Assembly (NCBI GenBank): GCA_965206695.1
Contig: CBDBKM010000010.1
Span: 288,001 to 352,000 of the forward strand
Length of the DNA: 64,000 nucleotides
DNA from: Chlamydiales bacterium
GTDB taxonomy: Bacteria; Chlamydiota; Chlamydiia; Chlamydiales; JAAZZY01
Direction of reading: 5' to 3'
The notes beneath the pieces are model-generated. The model was not told where the DNA came from and did no database searches. It was given only the letters and a program-made list of their open reading frames with translations. Positions 47,397 through 56,987 of this stretch are shown here, one piece after another (position 1 is the first letter of the stretch; every line of letters starts with the position of its first letter). The position numbers and the translations under genes are program-made.

Positions 47397-47610
47397 TAAT
47401 TAATGCGCTTTTCGTTCCTCTGCTTCTCTTCGATACGCAACCGTCACTCGCGGGTCGACTGCATCCGTGCAGTCTTCAATGTTCGAAATAAAGATGATAT
47501 TTTTTCTATTTTGAGTCAAATCATATGTAATTTTTATTTTTCCCCGGTTTTTACAAAAATGCAACAGTTGGAAAAAGTCATGCCTATAATTTATAATTTG
47601 ATTTTTTTTA

Positions 47611-47850
47611 TATATTAAAGTACTTTTTTGTAAACTAAAGGAGATGCTTTTACAACTAAGTTTTTTTATTACTATTTTTTTTACAAAACCAAAGAAATTA
47701 TAAAATTAATTAAAATGGTATTATAAATTATATATTTATTTTATATATTTTTAGTAAAAATATCTCAAAAAATTATTAACATAGTTTACTAAATGAATTA
47801 TTAGTTGTAAAGGTCTATTTTTTAGTTTATAAAAAAAGCACTTTAATATA
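47611..47850. repeat. Imperfect ~50-bp inverted repeat around a very AT-rich core
   Basis: TATATTAAAGTACTTTTTTGTAAACTAAAG...TTTACAACTAA (47611-59) mirrors 47801-47850. Confidence 0.8.
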
Positions 47851-47914
47851 CCATTCAAAAAGATACTATTTATTATTCGTGCATTTATTTGGGATAAAAC
47901 CCGTTTTTGTCTCT

Positions 47915-48250
47915 AACCCCCACAACCACCACTTATTTTACATCAACCCCCACTTTTTTAAATGTCTTATTTATAGTAGTTTATAATGTATATATGATAA
48001 AAAAGTGTGGGTGTGGGGGTGTAGACCCCATTTTAGAAAAAAAAGAATAAAAATAGAAAATAAGATAGTTAACTATATTTATCCTTCGTTAACTTTTTTT
48101 GTTTTTTGTCCAGGGGGTGTCTAAATCCCCACACCCCCACTTTTGTGATTTTTTATCACTTAAATCATTTAAATATAATGTCTTAAAAAAGGTGGGGGAG
48201 GAATTTTAACCCCCACCTTTTTTAAACGCACCCCCCACACCCCCACCCTT
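47915..48250. repeat. Cluster of CCCCCAC/GTGGGGG repeats in inverted arrangement (iteron-like)
   Basis: Copies near 47917, 47947, 48012, 48134, 48192, 48210, 48232 and 48241; arms 48001-48029 and 48112-48144 form an imperfect palindrome. Confidence 0.8.
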
Positions 48251-48957
48251 TTTTATAAGTCTTTTATTTTAAATACACTATAAATAAAAACAATAAAAAA
48301 ATATTTCCTTCTTTTTGTCAATTATTTTTTTGTTATTGACATAAATGATATATAAATTGTAAGCAATAATGCATAAATAAATTACTTTAACTTCATTATT
48401 TTGAATGGATCAAAACATGACAAAAATAAATCTCACTTGTATTGAAAAAAATACTACTGAAAAAAAGTTAATGAAAATGAATACTTTTCCCCATGCCCAT
48501 CGTGTGTACGCTATGAAAAACACTCAAGAATCTTGAGTCGGTTTGTATAATCTTATCAACTCGGATATTTGGGTCCCTACCTCGTCATAAAGCCTAGCGT
48601 TTGGAGCAAAGGGGCAAATTTTTAGTAAATTTCCTTCTGTAATACCTAACTGTTCGTGTGTGCGTATTTTTATCCTCTCTGCGAGTATCTCAGTCAGAGT
48701 AAATATCCTCCATTTAAGACATTTCTTTAGCGGTAAACTCAATACCTTAGATTGCCAATCCGTTACATATTGCACTATTTCAGGTGACAAATCTTAAACT
48801 GCAATATCTAAATGGGGCACTGGTGAGGCTTTAAAGTTATTTTTAGTTCTATTTTTTGTAGGTTTTTAGAGTTATGCTTACCTGTGGTGTGGTCGGAACA
48901 ACTATAGCAGTACTGGATCGGGAGGTAATCCAATAAAACTGCCATTCGGACTTTCTA

Positions 48958-49882
48958 TAGTGAATAAACTTTAATTTTTCTTTTACATATATTATTTTTT
49001 TGACATGGCATATTCAAGTGATTTAAGACAAAAGGCTTTAGCCTATATAGAAGGAGGAGGCTCTCAGGTAGAGGCCGGGCGTATTTTTGGTGTAACAACA
49101 CGTACTTTATTGAATTGGATAAATAGAAAAAAAGCAGGTCGTTTAGCTGCCGCGACAACAAGAAAACGCAAACCTTATAAAATTGACGGAGATAAACTGA
49201 ATCATTATATTGAAAAGCATCCTGACAGCTATTTGAGAGAAATAGCTGCTGTTTTCAGTGTATCCGTTAACGCCATATGCAAAGCATGTAAGCGCTTAAA
49301 GATCACTTTAAAAAAAAGACGCCCTTCTACAGGGAACGGGATGAGAAAAAAAGAGAGGTGTTTCAAAAAGAGTTAAAGCACATCCCTCCTGAAAATAGAG
49401 TCTATATTGATGAAAGCGGTATCAATGAATATCTCGATCGTCAACATGGCAGAGCTTTGAAGGGAAAATTGATTTATGGAGCCGTATCAGGTCATCGTTA
49501 TCAGAGGGAAAGCTTTATAGCAGCAAAAAATGAATCACGTATTTTTGCTCCCTTTTGGGATACCGGTACTTGCAATACGCTATTATTCAATACATGGCTT
49601 GAGCAGGTACTTATTCCTGAATTGAAGCCCGGGCAGGTTGTTATTATGGATAATGTAAGTTTTCACAAGTCTAAGGAAACCATAGACATTATCCAAAGCA
49701 AAGGGTGCCGTATTTTATTTCTGCCTCCTTATTCTCCTGATCTAAATCCAATTGAGCAATTTTGGGCAAATTTTAAAAGAAAAATAAAAGAAACTCTTAA
49801 GCTCTATTCAGGGTTAGCAGAAGCTATCGATAGTGCTTTTGTTGAGGTGTGTAATATATGAAATATTAAAGTTTATTCACTA
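48958..49882 (+). mobile_element. IS630-family element, lineage B
   Basis: Perfect 18-bp IR TAGTGAATAAACTTTAAT; TA duplication; ORFs 49005-49376 and 49358-49861 joined at TTTAAAAAAAA; YIDESG, MDNVSFH, SPDLNPIE. Confidence 0.95.
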
Positions 49883-50178
49883 TATAAGCTGGAGATTTAT
49901 CTAAAATCCTCTATCATGTTCCTTTTGAGCTAATAGCACGACAAATGCAGACACGCGAGGGGTTATTATCACATTTAAATGTCATACATTCTCAACGGCT
50001 TTATATTCAAACAATAGCCTTATCTATTATGACTTTCTTTTTTCGATTACTGCACTGACTATGGAAATCTGTCAGCTGATTTTGGTTAAGCCTGATTTCT
50101 GGCACGAGCCGGCTATACAGGCCACGAGTATTTACGATCATTTTCAAAAATTAATCATGAAGGGGACTGCTTCTTTAC

Positions 50179-50613
50179 ATGAAGAAAATTAGAGTATATC
50201 TTGATTCAGGAGCTTCTTTGCCTAAAGATCTTGTAGCTTATTGTGAATGTTATCAATTTCCTTATGATTCAAAACATCGTGCAAAAAAACGATCAATAGC
50301 ATTAGCTCTACCATGTGAGTTAACTTGGGAGGAGGCCAATTGTCCGTGGGAAGAGGCTAATTTTACTTTCGCAGATGCCGGATACTCTGTTCCGGAGATA
50401 CTTAAGAGTTTAGTAGGATACGGTAATAAGCGGGATTGTAAACATCTTGCTTCTGCTATTCTTATGCAATGTCAGATATTTTTGACATCAGATAAAAAAG
50501 ATATCTGGTCGCATCGCGAAAAAATTGAACAAGAATATGGTTTTAAAGTTATTCATTTCCCTAAAGAGATTGAGGTTTTAAGGGCTCTTATTAAACAAGA
50601 ACAGCAAGATTAA
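50179..50613 (+). CDS. Probable PIN-domain protein
   Basis: RVYLDS, RDCKHLASA, IFLTSDKKD acidic PIN pattern. Confidence 0.6.
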   Translation: MKKIRVYLDSGASLPKDLVAYCECYQFPYDSKHRAKKRSIALALPCELTWEEANCPWEEANFTFADAGYSVPEILKSLVGYGNKRDCKHLASAILMQCQIFLTSDKKDIWSHREKIEQEYGFKVIHFPKEIEVLRALIKQEQQD

Positions 50614-50858
50614 TTGGGACAGTAGGTGTCTAGGGGTTTTTTTCTGAAATGAGAGACAGTAAATCAGGATAAAGGAACTATTGTCCAATGAAACAATACC
50701 TCGCCTGTCTTATTAACGTAGTCAGTGGGAGTATTGCTGTAAAATTTCACTCCTGGCCTATTTAAATGAAGATAGAGATTCCACTTTCTTAGGGTGTGGT
50801 TGTTGGCATCCAACCAGTCCTAATTAGGAGAAGTTTCTTTAACCCCTCCGTTGTGTTG

Positions 50859-51176
50859 TTACTTTATTTCCTTTAAAAGGATCTCTTCTATGTCTTTTTG
50901 GTTAGTGGCGCGTGTTATATCTATATTCGAACGCAAAAGAAAGCGTGTTAATGCTCGCAATAATAATCCTCTGTCTAAAATGGTTCCTGTGTTTCTACGC
51001 ATTTCAGATAACATAATATCTAAATCTACAACATCGTTGTTATCTAAAGTTACCATTGTTTTTGCTACCCTGCCTTTTTTATGTACCAACGGCCTACCTA
51101 CCTTTTTTTGTGGTGCTACCGTATCTAGTGATTCTGCTGCTTGGACACCTAGTATATCTTTTTTCTTTTTTTTCAT
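50859..51176 (-). CDS. Small basic protein coupled to parA (possible centromere-binding partner)
   Basis: ATGA overlap with parA; GRP motif, then a strand-helix-helix-like segment (KTMVTLDNNDVVDLD...DRGLLLRALTRF). Confidence 0.55.
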   Translation of the reverse strand: MKKKKKDILGVQAAESLDTVAPQKKVGRPLVHKKGRVAKTMVTLDNNDVVDLDIMLSEMRRNTGTILDRGLLLRALTRFLLRSNIDITRATNQKDIEEILLKEIK

Positions 51177-51959
51177 GTTCTTACCCTGCTTCTTTGGTTT
51201 AATCTAGAAATAACCTCGTCTGTTAACGCAGTATAATTAACTGAACCGCTACACCCCCAGTCGTACTGTATGACTGCCTTACCAAAACTTGGGGCTTCTG
51301 CTATGCGTGTGTTTATTTTTATCTGTGTACTAAGTACTATTTCTCCATACTTAGATTTTAGTATATCTATAATTGCCTTGGTTGCCCTGTTACGTATATC
51401 CACCTGGGTTAATAAAACCCCTAGAAGTTCACCAATATCCCCTATAGACACTTTTATTTGGTCTACTGTCTTCAGCAAACTAGCCAGCCCCTCCAAAGAT
51501 AGATATTGGGGTGTCAGTGGTACCAGGTAGTAATTACAAGCTACTAAAGCATTTATATTAATCAAAGAGGTGCTGGGTGTACAATCTATCAATACGTAAT
51601 CATACTCTGTTAATTTAGATAGTGCTTTCTTTAACTTATATTCTCTCTGGTCTTCGTCTGAAACGAATGAATCAAAATTAGATAGTGCTAGATTGCCTAC
51701 TATTATATCCATACCCCTAACACCCGTGTTTATAATCGCTTTTTTGGCGGGCATATCTTCAAGTAAGACCTCTGCTATATTATATGTGTTCATCTGGCTT
51801 CAACCCACAGGACCTAGTTAATGATGCTTGGGGGTCAAGGTCCACTAAAAGTACACGGTTTCCTTTGCTTGCTAAGCCATACCCCAGGTTATGAGTGGTG
51901 GTTGTTTTTGCAACTCCCCCTTTTGTATTAATTACGGATATATATATTTCTTTATTCAT
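51173..51959 (-). pseudogene. parA: ParA/Soj family ATPase with one frameshift
   Basis: ATG at 51959: NTKGGVAKTTT...LLVDLDPQASLT...PDEHI then a stop; continues in another frame near 51790 (YDYVLIDCTP, IAEAPSFG). Confidence 0.88.
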
Positions 51960-52058
51960 TAAATGCCTCTTATCTGTTGGTATGTAGCGCTCTTTATACC
52001 GACCTGTTGTTATATGTCTTTTTACTTATTTTTATCTAGGGCTATACCTCACAGTTAT

Positions 52059-52086
52059 GTTATATATAAGGCTAGTTATATGACAT
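52059..52086. other. dif-like palindrome upstream of recombinase 1
   Basis: ATATAA-GGCTAG-TTATAT (6-bp spacer), 16 bp before the ATG. Confidence 0.45.
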
Positions 52087-52102
52087 TAAAGGATATTTGA
52101 AA

Positions 52103-53079
52103 ATGGATTTAGTAAAAAAGATAGATGTCCCCACAGCCACCAAACCAGCTGCTTATAAAGAAATAATTACAATTAAACATGAAGCTAGCTGGGAAGAATT
52201 AAAAACAACCTCTTTATTAACTGCTGTCTATGATTGGCTTGGTACACTTGGAAACAAACATACAAAAAAAAACTATACCAGTGCTTTTAATCAAATATTC
52301 GCAAAAAGTATATTGAACCCGAATATTTCATTACAGCAAGTACACTTAATGAATCTTGATAATGTGGTTGATTCTATTAAGCAGGTCGCTGAATGGAGTG
52401 AAGCCTCAAGACAATCCCGTTGCGCAAGCCTGCTAGCATTCTAAAGATACCTAAGCCGAAAGACAAACGGGTTTATACGCCGAGCCACCCCAAGCAAAGA
52501 GGGCACTAACAAGACATTTTACAAAATCCGTGAAAAGATCAAAACACCTGCTATGAACCAGCAACAATGGGTTGATTGGTTACAATACCTAAAGGTAATG
52601 AACCGTAGAGACTGGATTATTGCTAGGGTTGTATTAGGGGGTTGTCGTAGAATATCCGAAGTGTTGGAATTGGATGTTTCCTCCCTAGATATTGCTAATG
52701 GCCAAATCTGTTTTAATATTTCGAAATCCAAGGTTCAAAAGCAGGTGGTTATTACGTATTCCAAGGGACTTATAAACGACATAAAAGCCCATGTTGGACA
52801 ACGCAAGGAGGGGTGGTTGATTTAACATCTAACAAAAACAAAATATCTCTAAGACAAATAAATTACAGTTTCGGGCGTTGTGGTGAACGTTCTAAAGTCC
52901 CGTTTCGTGTAAAAGCCCATGTATTGAGAGCCTCTGCTATTACATACTTAAAAGCACAAGGTTACAGTGATTCGGCTATTATGGCGGTTTCTGGTCATGC
53001 CAGCTCTGAAGTGGTAAACGCCTATGATAAACGAGAGCAAAAAGAAAACCTAACTAAGGAAATAAAGATCGTAAATTAA
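52103..53079 (+). pseudogene. Tyrosine recombinase, chlamydial plasmid Pgp7/Pgp8-like, inactivated
   Basis: WSEASRQSRCA, TFYKIREKIKT, RDWIIARVVLGGCRRISEV, HVLRASAIT, SGH, Y; in-frame TAA at 52442 and a frameshift near 52820. Confidence 0.88.
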
Positions 53080-53097
53080 ATATGAGATTATGAAGAC

Positions 53098-55911
53098 ATG
53101 AAAGATAATACTGAAATATGGGAAGACAGATATCAATTATTACCGCTTCCAAAGAGCTACTATAACAAATCTTTTGAAGCTTACGAATATTCCAGTTCAT
53201 GTCCAGACTGTGGGGGACATGACAGAGTTTCTGTTTTTGCTGGGTTGGGTAAGCTTATAGCTATTTGCCGAGACCAAGGAAGAGCTGGTTGCGGTAAAAA
53301 GTTTTACAGGAATAAAGAGGAGGGGGCTGCATTTAATGGGGCGATACAAAATCAATCAACAAATCCAAAGAAACCTCAAGATGTGGATTATTCAGACGAG
53401 GTCAATTATTTCCACCAAAAGATATGGGGGAATCAACAAGTATTCGACTATGCGATATCTAGGGGGCTAAAAGAGGAAATAATAAAAGAATATCGTTTGG
53501 GGGCTTGTTTTTTCGACAATAGGTTGGCCTTGATAATTCCTTCTGCTGACGGGAAGTTCTACACTAGGCGTTTTCTAGATACACAGAAACCAAAATATAG
53601 AACTCCTACGGGTTCAAAACCTGTTAGCCACTATAACAACAACTCTAATACAGTGATTATCGTTGATGGTTCTATTGACGCTGTACTTTTGTCTTATTAT
53701 GCAAAAAGAGATATTGTTACTTACTGGGGGGCATTTACACCAAATAATATAGCGCCATTTTGCAAGAATTACGAAACCGTTATTGTTTGGTTAGACTGGG
53801 ATTCTGAAGGTGAAGCAGAAAAGTTGTGTGGTCAACTGAAAAAACTACTAAATACTCGCTCTAGAGTAAGATACCCTTTGGGCTTTTCAGATATAAATGC
53901 TGTTTTGGATTCAGACTTTAAAGATGTGGCAGATTTATTTTGCGATAACAGGTGCGGTCTAGGTTTCATTGACAAACTAATAACGGAATTAGAACCAGAT
54001 ACAAAAGAAAAGCATTTAAAAGACCACGAACCTACACAAAAGAGAGTAAAACATAAGATAACGTATAAATACATTAAAGACCTAGAGAGTGCAAAAGAGA
54101 CTGTTACAACGTATAGAAATGAGGAAAGAGTAGCGGTAGATATAGAGACAATGCCATTAAAAGACTGTCTCCAAGATAGACAAGCTGGGTTAATTCCTTA
54201 TAAGAACCAGATCAGATTGGTCCAACTCCACGCAAAAGGAGCGGGGACTACTATTTTTGATATGATGTTCATAAAGGATTTTAGCTTTCTGAAATTATTA
54301 GCATTAAAGAGGTGTGTATTTCATAACGCAATGTTCGATCTTTTTTTGCTTGAAAGAGAGGGGATAATAATAAGAGATTTCTTTGATACACTCATTTTCA
54401 ATAGGGTCATTATGCCACCGAACTTGTATAGGGAAGGTGATGTTTTAAATTTAAGCAAAGAAAAAACCCGTATACTGAAGAATAGAGCAGTTGGCTTAAA
54501 ACAGGCTTGTGTTTTTTGGTTGGATAAACCCGACTATTCAGAAGAACACAGCAATTGGCATAGGCCAGAACTGCCTGAAAGAAAGCTTGTCTATGCGGCA
54601 TTAGACGTGGTGAATACGCTGGATCTTTTTGATTATTTCCATACCAGGTCAGATTTTAAAGAAAACAAGAAAACCTATGATATTTTTATATCTGCTTTTC
54701 CTACGGTATTCATGATATACAAAAACGGCCTTTCTATTGATTTAGGGAAGATAGAACATGAAATTAGCAAAAAAGAAAAATGCTTAATCGAATCTTCTAA
54801 AGAGGTGGGGTTTAATTTAAACTCTACAAAACAGGTACAAGATTATTTCAAATCCCAACACCCCAAAATATACGAAAAAGCGTTAAGTCAAAAGCTGGTC
54901 ACTGCAAAAGGGTCGTTATCATTGGGGGACGGTAGCTGGGAGCAGTTTTGCATTATTTTAAAAGAATTAGGTTATGAAGAAATTGCACAGGCTATAAGGA
55001 GTTACAAAAAAGCAAGCAAAGGCTTAAGTAATCTAAAACAATACTATAATTATTGCTCTCCTTCTGGGGAAATCCATACAATGTTAGCATTAAACGGGGC
55101 AATAACTGGAAGATTCACTTGTTCTAAACCGAACCTACAAAACATAAAAAACGACTCGGAATACGAGGAATCAACAAGAGGCTTATTTAAATGCCCTACA
55201 GGCAAAAGGTATGTCCTAGCCGACTACTCACAACAAGAGTTAAGAGTTTTCGCTTTAGTGGCAGATGAGAATGGCTTAATCCAGGCTTTTGACAACAACA
55301 AAGACATTCACGGTCATATAGCCCACTTGGCTTTTGATGTCCCCTATATGGCAAAGGAAACAAAATATAGAAAAGACGCTAAGACAATTAGTTTTGGGTT
55401 GCTTTATGGAATGGGTGTAAAAAAATTAGCTGAAAATTTAGGAGTGTCCCTGAAAGAGGCAAAAAGAAAAAAACAATTAATTTCTGATACTTTCCCCCAT
55501 CTTTCGAGATTAGAGATGTCGCTAAAAGAATCTTGGCAAAAAGAAAAGAGTATCAAAGTACCGTGTGCTTCTGGAGAGTATAGGAATATAATAGACGTTA
55601 ACCTTCTTTGCGGTACTCATAAACTTGTTAACTACCATGTACAAGGAGCAGGTGGGTCAATTATGATTCAAGCAATGGTGTTATGGAATAAGTCATACGG
55701 AGTAGATAACTCAGAGTGCGATATAGTTAACTCAATACATGATGAACTTATCTTCTGCGTAGATGAAAACAAAATAGAAGATTGGAAGCCTAGAATAATA
55801 GAAAGAATGGAGCAGGCTTTTATTGACGTATTGCCACAAGCAAAGCGTTGGAAAGGTGACTTATTAGACATAATAGAAAGTAAAACATTTAGAAAAAGAG
55901 AGAACGCATGA
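53098..55911 (+). CDS. Primase (Zn ribbon + TOPRIM) / 3'-5' exonuclease / family A DNA polymerase fusion
   Basis: CPDCGGHDR...C...CG; YAISRGL...YRLG; KPKY; IIVDGSIDA; LDWDSEG; ExoI VDIET, ExoII FHNAMFD, ExoIII YAALD; PolA motifs TGRFT...PNLQNI, ADYSQQELR, RKDAKTISFGLLYG, IHDEL. Confidence 0.9.
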   Translation: MKDNTEIWEDRYQLLPLPKSYYNKSFEAYEYSSSCPDCGGHDRVSVFAGLGKLIAICRDQGRAGCGKKFYRNKEEGAAFNGAIQNQSTNPKKPQDVDYSDEVNYFHQKIWGNQQVFDYAISRGLKEEIIKEYRLGACFFDNRLALIIPSADGKFYTRRFLDTQKPKYRTPTGSKPVSHYNNNSNTVIIVDGSIDAVLLSYYAKRDIVTYWGAFTPNNIAPFCKNYETVIVWLDWDSEGEAEKLCGQLKKLLNTRSRVRYPLGFSDINAVLDSDFKDVADLFCDNRCGLGFIDKLITELEPDTKEKHLKDHEPTQKRVKHKITYKYIKDLESAKETVTTYRNEERVAVDIETMPLKDCLQDRQAGLIPYKNQIRLVQLHAKGAGTTIFDMMFIKDFSFLKLLALKRCVFHNAMFDLFLLEREGIIIRDFFDTLIFNRVIMPPNLYREGDVLNLSKEKTRILKNRAVGLKQACVFWLDKPDYSEEHSNWHRPELPERKLVYAALDVVNTLDLFDYFHTRSDFKENKKTYDIFISAFPTVFMIYKNGLSIDLGKIEHEISKKEKCLIESSKEVGFNLNSTKQVQDYFKSQHPKIYEKALSQKLVTAKGSLSLGDGSWEQFCIILKELGYEEIAQAIRSYKKASKGLSNLKQYYNYCSPSGEIHTMLALNGAITGRFTCSKPNLQNIKNDSEYEESTRGLFKCPTGKRYVLADYSQQELRVFALVADENGLIQAFDNNKDIHGHIAHLAFDVPYMAKETKYRKDAKTISFGLLYGMGVKKLAENLGVSLKEAKRKKQLISDTFPHLSRLEMSLKESWQKEKSIKVPCASGEYRNIIDVNLLCGTHKLVNYHVQGAGGSIMIQAMVLWNKSYGVDNSECDIVNSIHDELIFCVDENKIEDWKPRIIERMEQAFIDVLPQAKRWKGDLLDIIESKTFRKRENA

Positions 55912-56987
55912 AAGCTATAAAAAAAAAAGAAATTGGGTTGGAGGATAAACTTGGCAACCTAATAGAAAAACAACGAAACCACGCCAAAGACCAAAATACA
56001 AAAGAGGCGGAAGAATTAAAAAAAGACCTAAAGCTTTGCAAAAACACAACTATGTTACTGAAAGAACAAAACATTAAAGACATCTACAGTATTCCAGACT
56101 ATCCACACCTTTTCGAAGAGGACGACCCGAATAAAAAAAAATGGGAAAACCATAAGTTAATACCTCTAAAAGGAACCAGATCGGTTATTGGCGGACACCC
56201 TGGGGTTGGTAAATCCGTACTAGCTTTGCAAATGGCGGCTTCAATAGCTACAGGGATTTCTTTTCTTGGAAAATTCAAACCAACAAAACAAGGGCGGGTG
56301 GTGTACATTTGTGCAGAAGACAACCCGTTATATACTCATGTCAACAGATTTAAGGGTTTTAACAACTATAAAGAACAAATAAAAAAGCTTCAAGAAGACA
56401 TATATTTTATTGAATTAGAACAAGGCCTGTTTATTGAAGAACAGTATAACGGAACTAAACCAAGCGAGACATTTTTAAAGATAAAAAAAGAATGTGAGAA
56501 ACTAGAGCCTGTTTTAATCGTAATAGACCCCCTAGGAAAAGCGTTTGGTTTGTCGGAAAATGATAATACGAAAATAAATCAAGTCTTTATGAATCACTTA
56601 AGAACGTTACATGATTCAAAGAATGAGCCAGCAATTATCGAAGTAACCCACCTTAGAAAAAGCGATAACAAAAGTTCGGGTGAATCAGATATAAACAGCG
56701 TTAGGGGGGCGGGAGCTATCGTAGGAGACGCAAAATGTTTTATTTCTCTAGACGCTACAGCAGACAAAAAGAAAAAAACAGTGAACTTGATCAAAGCAAG
56801 CTACGCAAAAGATGACTTTAAATTAAATGTTAAGTTTGAAAATAACGAGCTAGTACCAACAAACGCAACAGAATGCAACAAAACAAAAGAAGTAAATGAA
56901 GGTAACCTTGTAGAGAAAAAAGCGACCAATAAGAATTTCACCCCCAAAAGGATTAAAAAAGCGATCCAAGGAGTTGATAAAAAATGA
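55908..56987 (+). CDS. RecA-fold SF4 helicase, RSF1010 RepA/AAA_25-like
   Basis: Walker A GHPGVGKS, VVYICAED, Walker B LIVIDPL, THLRK, RGAGAIVG; ATGA overlap with the upstream gene. Confidence 0.85.
   Translation: MKAIKKKEIGLEDKLGNLIEKQRNHAKDQNTKEAEELKKDLKLCKNTTMLLKEQNIKDIYSIPDYPHLFEEDDPNKKKWENHKLIPLKGTRSVIGGHPGVGKSVLALQMAASIATGISFLGKFKPTKQGRVVYICAEDNPLYTHVNRFKGFNNYKEQIKKLQEDIYFIELEQGLFIEEQYNGTKPSETFLKIKKECEKLEPVLIVIDPLGKAFGLSENDNTKINQVFMNHLRTLHDSKNEPAIIEVTHLRKSDNKSSGESDINSVRGAGAIVGDAKCFISLDATADKKKKTVNLIKASYAKDDFKLNVKFENNELVPTNATECNKTKEVNEGNLVEKKATNKNFTPKRIKKAIQGVDKK

Larger units (their letters stand above)
46110..47485 (-). mobile_element. Non-autonomous tnpB-only element (IS200/IS605 or IS607 type)
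   Basis: Structured ends (hairpins GACTGCA-cgga-TGCAGTC and ACCCGCA-cga-TGCGGGT); no tnpA; right end fixed by the second copy; left end inferred. Confidence 0.75.

Noticed and set aside
46110..47485. IStron (group I intron plus tnpB)
   Set aside because: Only about 140 nt upstream and 110 nt downstream of tnpB, and no recognisable group I core elements.
47915..48250. CRISPR array
   Set aside because: The repeats are 7-12 bp, irregularly spaced and in both orientations; no cas genes.
48410..50170. Fragmented ORFs either side of IS630-B
   Set aside because: Rejoining the flanks does not give an open frame or a recognisable protein.
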